Assembly (NCBI GenBank): GCA_964561945.1 | Contig: CAZLQM010000002.1 | Location: 13,087-77,086, forward strand | DNA: 64,000 nt | Direction: 5' to 3' | Origin: an uncultured Gammaproteobacteria bacterium | Lineage (GTDB): Bacteria > Patescibacteriota > Microgenomatia > CAYXHB01 | In this document: positions 63,682 to 64,000 of the stretch, piece by piece | Layout of the letters: each line of letters begins with the position of its first letter | How positions within the stretch are numbered: the stretch's first letter is position 1 | Notes under the pieces: model-generated | What the model was told of the DNA's origin: nothing | The model's database searches: none | Seen by the model: the letters and a program-made list of their open reading frames with translations, nothing else | Translations under genes and position numbers: made by a program

Positions 63682-64000
63682 TCTCATCCTCCCAATCTAA
63701 TAACTACAATTCCCTCCAATCCAAAGACCCAATAAATATCTTATAGTATTGCAATAACAACTTACATGCAGTATAATCGCCAACAAGGTTTCTTGTATCA
63801 ATGATCTAGTCATTTTCGACCGGATTAATATACATCTAAACCGCTCTTTGAAAATCCAAGTTTATAAGAATTAGAAAAATCTCGTTTGCTTGTTTATCGT
63901 TTTAAAACAAGCCCCTGTGTTAGCATAAATTTAAGTTTTTCTTGTTCCCTTCGGGGACAGAAAGGAAGTGTCTCATGCGCAACTGGCGCAATCTTACATG

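Noticed and set aside
63880-64000. UUCG-tetraloop hairpin (TCCC-TTCG-GGGA) near the window end; considered a start of an rRNA or structured RNA gene
   Set aside because: The 100 nt available show no match to 16S/23S/5S 5' ends as I know them. It is too short to call.

Overview
The window (64 kb) comes from a low-GC genome with a very strong strand-specific composition skew: the + strand is C+A-rich throughout the presumed host DNA. The gene content looks like a small-genome, uncultivated Patescibacteria/CPR-like bacterium (inference only). About 60 genes are packed tightly, mostly on the - strand. Recognisable host genes include a partial polA 5'-3' exonuclease domain, ftsH, a XerC/D-like tyrosine recombinase, two tandem class II (B12-dependent) ribonucleotide reductases with nrdR and a PduO-type cobalamin adenosyltransferase, two class A PBPs flanking a GH18 protein, LOG, rpe, trpS, yjjX, an M23 peptidase, a GT4/glycoside-hydrolase fusion and a YpfJ-type metallopeptidase. 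Four tRNAs were found by hand: two with CAU anticodons, tRNA-Ile(UAU) and tRNA-Asn(GUU). The most notable region is a compositionally foreign ~16 kb island (~46.8-62.7 kb) bounded by tRNA-Asn and a large serine recombinase. It carries a complete type I R-M operon (hsdM-hsdS-hsdR) with a two-gene module wedged between hsdS and hsdR: an AAA_15/21-type ABC ATPase with a possible HEPN-like tail, followed by a protein with a Shedu/DUF4263-like PD-(D/E)xK C-terminal domain. Downstream sit a GmrSD-family type IV restriction enzyme and a DUF2726 protein; the island also carries Xis-like HTH genes, an XRE regulator and an unclassified G-rich non-coding stretch. This RM-embedded ATPase+nuclease pair, analogous in position to prrC, is the best candidate for an undescribed defence module. 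Secondary points of interest are tandem 120-bp repeats that copy the 3' part of tRNA-Ile(UAU) next to the tyrosine recombinase, a SIR2-like protein paired with a membrane-anchored FtsK/HerA-superfamily ATPase, and three tandem resolvase-domain paralogs of which only the last keeps the catalytic serine. All family calls rest on motifs read by eye; no database search was possible.
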